Below, one piece after another: positions 61,000 to 64,000 of a DNA stretch of 64,000 nt. Source of the DNA: Negativicutes bacterium (GTDB taxonomy: Bacteria > Bacillota > Negativicutes > JBAXTZ01); NCBI GenBank assembly GCA_041666525.1, contig JBAYGT010000001.1, positions 132,014 through 196,013 of the forward strand, read 5' to 3'. Each line of letters opens with the position of its first letter. The stretch's first letter is position 1. The position numbers and the translations under genes are program-made. The notes beneath the pieces were generated by a model that saw nothing but the letters and a program-made list of their open reading frames with translations, had not been told where the DNA came from and ran no database searches.

Positions 61000-61835
61000 C
61001 GTTTAATTCGTTTTTTAGCAAAAGATTCGAAAGCTTTTGCAACCGGTTTACGCGGAGTTCTGGTTTGGCCAGGCTCTTGTGGTTCAGAGAAATCACGTTT
61101 CTGATAAACCATCCCCGCAGACTCCAGCAACTGTTGAATTTCAATTTCTTTCAGTTTTCGACACTGGCCGCGACGAATTCCTTTTAAATTCAAACAGCCA
61201 AACTGCGTTCGAGCCAACGAACGCACTCTGCAACCAATGGATTCAATCATCAAACGAACCTGACGGTTACGCCCCTCACGAATTATAATTTCCACTTCGG
61301 CTATTTTTCGTGCAATATCAACTTCCAGCAACTGTACTTTTGCTTCCAACGTTCTTTTGCCTTCAATCATCACACCTGTTCTCAAAGTCTGTAACTGCTC
61401 TTCACTGGGAATACCGTCCAGGCGGGCAACGTAAGTTTTATCAACTTTATATTTCGGATGAATTAATCTGTTTGCCAATTCACCGTCATTTGTTAATAAC
61501 AACACTCCCTCCGTATTGTAATCAAGTCTTCCGACCGGAAAAACACGTTCAGAAATATCTTTTAAATAATCCAATACTGTTTCGCGGCCCCCTTCATCAT
61601 CACATGAAGTTATTACGCCTTTAGGTTTATGTAATAAAACATAAACCTTAGCCTGCGCTTCCAGTAACTTGCCGTCAACTTCCACCTTATCAAATTCCAG
61701 ATCGGCTTTTACACCAAGCTCACACACCGTTTTATTATTCACTCGCACTTTTCCGGCAAGTATTATTTCTTCAGCTGCGCGACGTGAAGCAATACCTGCC
61801 AATGCTATTAATTTCTGTATTCTCTCTTTTGCCAT
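60996..61835 (-). CDS. rluB: 23S rRNA pseudouridine synthase (RluB/RsuA family) with S4 domain and basic C-terminal tail
   Basis: 279 aa. It has an S4 domain (RIQKLIALAGIASRR) and the catalytic motif GRLDYNTEG. Confidence 0.85.
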   Translation of the reverse strand: MAKERIQKLIALAGIASRRAAEEIILAGKVRVNNKTVCELGVKADLEFDKVEVDGKLLEAQAKVYVLLHKPKGVITSCDDEGGRETVLDYLKDISERVFPVGRLDYNTEGVLLLTNDGELANRLIHPKYKVDKTYVARLDGIPSEEQLQTLRTGVMIEGKRTLEAKVQLLEVDIARKIAEVEIIIREGRNRQVRLMIESIGCRVRSLARTQFGCLNLKGIRRGQCRKLKEIEIQQLLESAGMVYQKRDFSEPQEPGQTRTPRKPVAKAFESFAKKRIKR

Positions 61836-61841
61836 TGTTCC

Positions 61842-62963
61842 TCATTTTATCAAGTTTTTCAGCCATTTGATTAACGACCAAAAAATTGATTTCTTTTCGA
61901 TATCTTGAGCCGCTACTAACGGCACAGACGTAATTTGTTTTCCATCAAAAAACAACATTAAATTCCCCAGTTGCTGACCGGTTTTGACAGGAGCAGTTTT
62001 GAAAATTGGCAAATCCACCTTATAGGTAATTTCACCACTCCTGCTACCCGTTTTCAAAGTTGGTAACACCACCGCATCTTGAAGTATAGCGGAAACAGCA
62101 ATGTTCTCACCATTTTTTATCCTTACCCGGCCAAATTCAGTTCCCGCCGCAAACAAAAGCTTCGATTCAAGCAATCCAAATCCATAGTCGAGCATTTTTG
62201 CCGTATCATCCCATTTTTCGTCGGCGTCCATCACTACTGCAATCAGTTGTATACCGTTGCGTTTCGCACCAACGGTTAATGTGTGTCCGGCAACGTCCGT
62301 GTATCCGGTCTTGACACCATTGCAGCCATCATAACGCCACAACATTTTATTTTCGTTAAATAGCGCCTGATATTCGTTGCGGATAGTATTAAAAATCACA
62401 TATTTTTCCGTAGATACAATTTTTTCAAACAACTGAAATCGGTATCCGTAAGCTGTTATTCGTGCCATATCGATGGCAGTCGAATAATGTTGTTCATCCG
62501 GCAAACCATTGGGATTTACAAAATGGGTATTATTACAGCCCAAAAAAATGGCCTTTTGATTCATCAACTGAACGAAATTCGTCATATTTCCGGACAAATG
62601 ATTGGCCACAGCCATCGTCGCATCGTTTCCTGACTGCAACATCATACCATATAGCAGGTCTTTGAGCGAAATTATCTGGCCGGCTTCCAGATATATAGAA
62701 CTGCCTTCGGTCTTTGGAACATCATCACTGATTGTGATAATATCGTTAATATTGCCGTGTTCCATGGCAATAATCAAAGTCATTATTTTCGTTATACTCG
62801 CCGGATAGTGTCGCTCTGCAGCATTTTTGTCAAAAAGAATGCGTCCGGTAAAGGCATCAATCAACACCGCCGCTTTAGCACTTAATTGGGGTTGATCCGC
62901 GGCAAACACCACGCTGCTAAAAAAAACAAAACTCAAAACCAATGCTGTTAAACGTGCTTTCAT
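61842..62963 (-). CDS. dacB: D-alanyl-D-alanine carboxypeptidase (PBP5-type, S11)
   Basis: 373 aa. It has a signal peptide and SxxK (PASITK), SGN and KTG motifs. Confidence 0.85.
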   Translation of the reverse strand: MKARLTALVLSFVFFSSVVFAADQPQLSAKAAVLIDAFTGRILFDKNAAERHYPASITKIMTLIIAMEHGNINDIITISDDVPKTEGSSIYLEAGQIISLKDLLYGMMLQSGNDATMAVANHLSGNMTNFVQLMNQKAIFLGCNNTHFVNPNGLPDEQHYSTAIDMARITAYGYRFQLFEKIVSTEKYVIFNTIRNEYQALFNENKMLWRYDGCNGVKTGYTDVAGHTLTVGAKRNGIQLIAVVMDADEKWDDTAKMLDYGFGLLESKLLFAAGTEFGRVRIKNGENIAVSAILQDAVVLPTLKTGSRSGEITYKVDLPIFKTAPVKTGQQLGNLMLFFDGKQITSVPLVAAQDIEKKSIFWSLIKWLKNLIK

Positions 62964-62968
62964 TATAC

Positions 62969-63616
62969 CTACAGTCCGCGAATGCTTTTAATCGCCGCAG
63001 CCAAATCATTTTTACCAAAAACTGCCGACCCTGCAACCAGAACTTCCGCGCCTGCCTCAACAACAAGCGCCGAATTGCTCTCATTTATTCCACCATCAAC
63101 TTCAATAATTGTATTTAATCCACTGCTCATAATCATCTTTTTGAGCCGGGAAATCTTGTTCAGCGAAGCATTAATGAATTTCTGACCGCCAAACCCAGGA
63201 TTTACCGTCATTAACAATACTAAATCAACATCTGTCAAAACATTTTCAATACTACAAAGCGGTGTTGCCGGATTAAGCGAAATTCCAGCTTTGGCACCAC
63301 AATTTTTTATCTGTTGAATCAATCGATGCAGGTGGCAGGTAGCCTCGACATGTACAGTAATATAATCGGCGCCAGCGGCCCGAAATTGCTCAATATATTT
63401 TTCTGGCTGAGCAATCATCAGATGAACGTCAAATATTTTTCCAGTAGCCGGGCGAATTGCCTTAATAACATCTGCGCCTAGCGTAATGTTCGGCACAAAA
63501 TGTCCATCCATAACGTCAATATGAATCCAATCAGCACCGGCCTCATCCACTCGCTGTACTTCAGCAAATAGCCGTCCAAAATCAGCTGATAAAATTGAAG
63601 GGGCAATTAAAGTCAT
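62969..63616 (-). CDS. rpe: Ribulose-phosphate 3-epimerase
   Basis: 215 aa with the [13 protein letters not shown] start. Family match. Confidence 0.9.
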   Translation of the reverse strand: MTLIAPSILSADFGRLFAEVQRVDEAGADWIHIDVMDGHFVPNITLGADVIKAIRPATGKIFDVHLMIAQPEKYIEQFRAAGADYITVHVEATCHLHRLIQQIKNCGAKAGISLNPATPLCSIENVLTDVDLVLLMTVNPGFGGQKFINASLNKISRLKKMIMSSGLNTIIEVDGGINESNSALVVEAGAEVLVAGSAVFGKNDLAAAIKSIRGL

Positions 63617-63632
63617 AATATCTCCTGCAGCT

Positions 63633-64000
63633 TTAATTATTTAATTCTTTCACAATATTACCATTTAAATAAACTTGAACAGTTGTTGCACCTGTTCCGG
63701 ATATGGCCTTATTTACAACATCTCCCGGCTTATTATTTGCATCATAAATCGTCCGCATTCCTTTGTCGTCGGTTACTGTGATTTTTACACGTTGCTTGTC
63801 TGCACCGTCAGGAACAGCGTAACTGACATTAACAGTATTTCCGCTACTACCACCCACCACGACAATATCTACTGGCGATCCAAAAACCGTCTCTGCGCCA
63901 GCTGCTGGTGTTTGCGAAATTATCGTACCAGATTGTCCGGCACCGGAACCTTCAGAAATTTTTCCAATTTTTAATCCAACACCGGCAAGCACTGATTCGG
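63633..64000 (-). CDS. C-terminal PASTA-domain part of a Ser/Thr protein kinase (PrkC-like), 5'-truncated at the window edge
   Basis: The sequence is PASTA-like with Gly/Thr-rich beta repeats. The ORF stays open to the window end. Its position upstream of rpe matches the conserved prkC–(rsgA)–rpe arrangement. Confidence 0.55.
   Translation of the reverse strand, partial: ESVLAGVGLKIGKISEGSGAGQSGTIISQTPAAGAETVFGSPVDIVVVGGSSGNTVNVSYAVPDGADKQRVKITVTDDKGMRTIYDANNKPGDVVNKAISGTGATTVQVYLNGNIVKELNN

Overview
This 64 kb window is a chromosomal segment of a low-GC Firmicutes-type anaerobe (Clostridia/Negativicutes-like). The lineage call rests on FapR, an IspH–S1 fusion, RNase HIII and Shine-Dalgarno sites of the GGAGG type. 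Almost every gene is on the minus strand. There are no tRNA/rRNA genes, no CRISPR array and no transposase or integrase.

Contents, left to right:
- A lysine-fermentation cluster: kamA (3'-truncated at the window edge), two tandem kdd paralogues, kce, kal, atoDA, an APC amino acid permease and an orphan solute-binding protein.
- radA, then the flavodiiron protein FprA.
- A six-hairpin glycosidase-like protein, a PdxA-family dehydrogenase and a YegS-like kinase.
- A 1094-aa membrane protein built from two [zinc ribbon – TM helix – WD40 propeller] modules.
- A TGS–uridine-kinase-like protein, Pit with its DUF47 partner, an aminotransferase, lysC, superoxide reductase and secDF.
- The only clear plus-strand operon: circularly permuted ATP-grasp, alpha-E domain protein and transglutaminase-like protein. 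This conserved triad has no assigned function. Here it has a clean sigma70-like promoter and a terminator.
- purAB, pepA, dut, rnc and the fapR–fabD–fabG–acpP–fabF fatty-acid module, which lacks plsX.
- rpmF, yceD, ackA and rnhC.
- A four-subunit 2-oxoacid:ferredoxin oxidoreductase with pduL.
- An MtaD-like deaminase next to AhcY, then surE.
- A glycosyltransferase–pssA–psd–TagA-family operon, the ispH–rpsA fusion, plsC, cmk, rluB, a D,D-carboxypeptidase, rpe and the PASTA-domain tail of a Ser/Thr kinase.

The most interesting signals are the ATP-grasp/alpha-E/transglutaminase operon, the duplicated-module WD40 membrane protein, and the tandem kdd paralogues that share a long identical DNA tract suggesting gene conversion.
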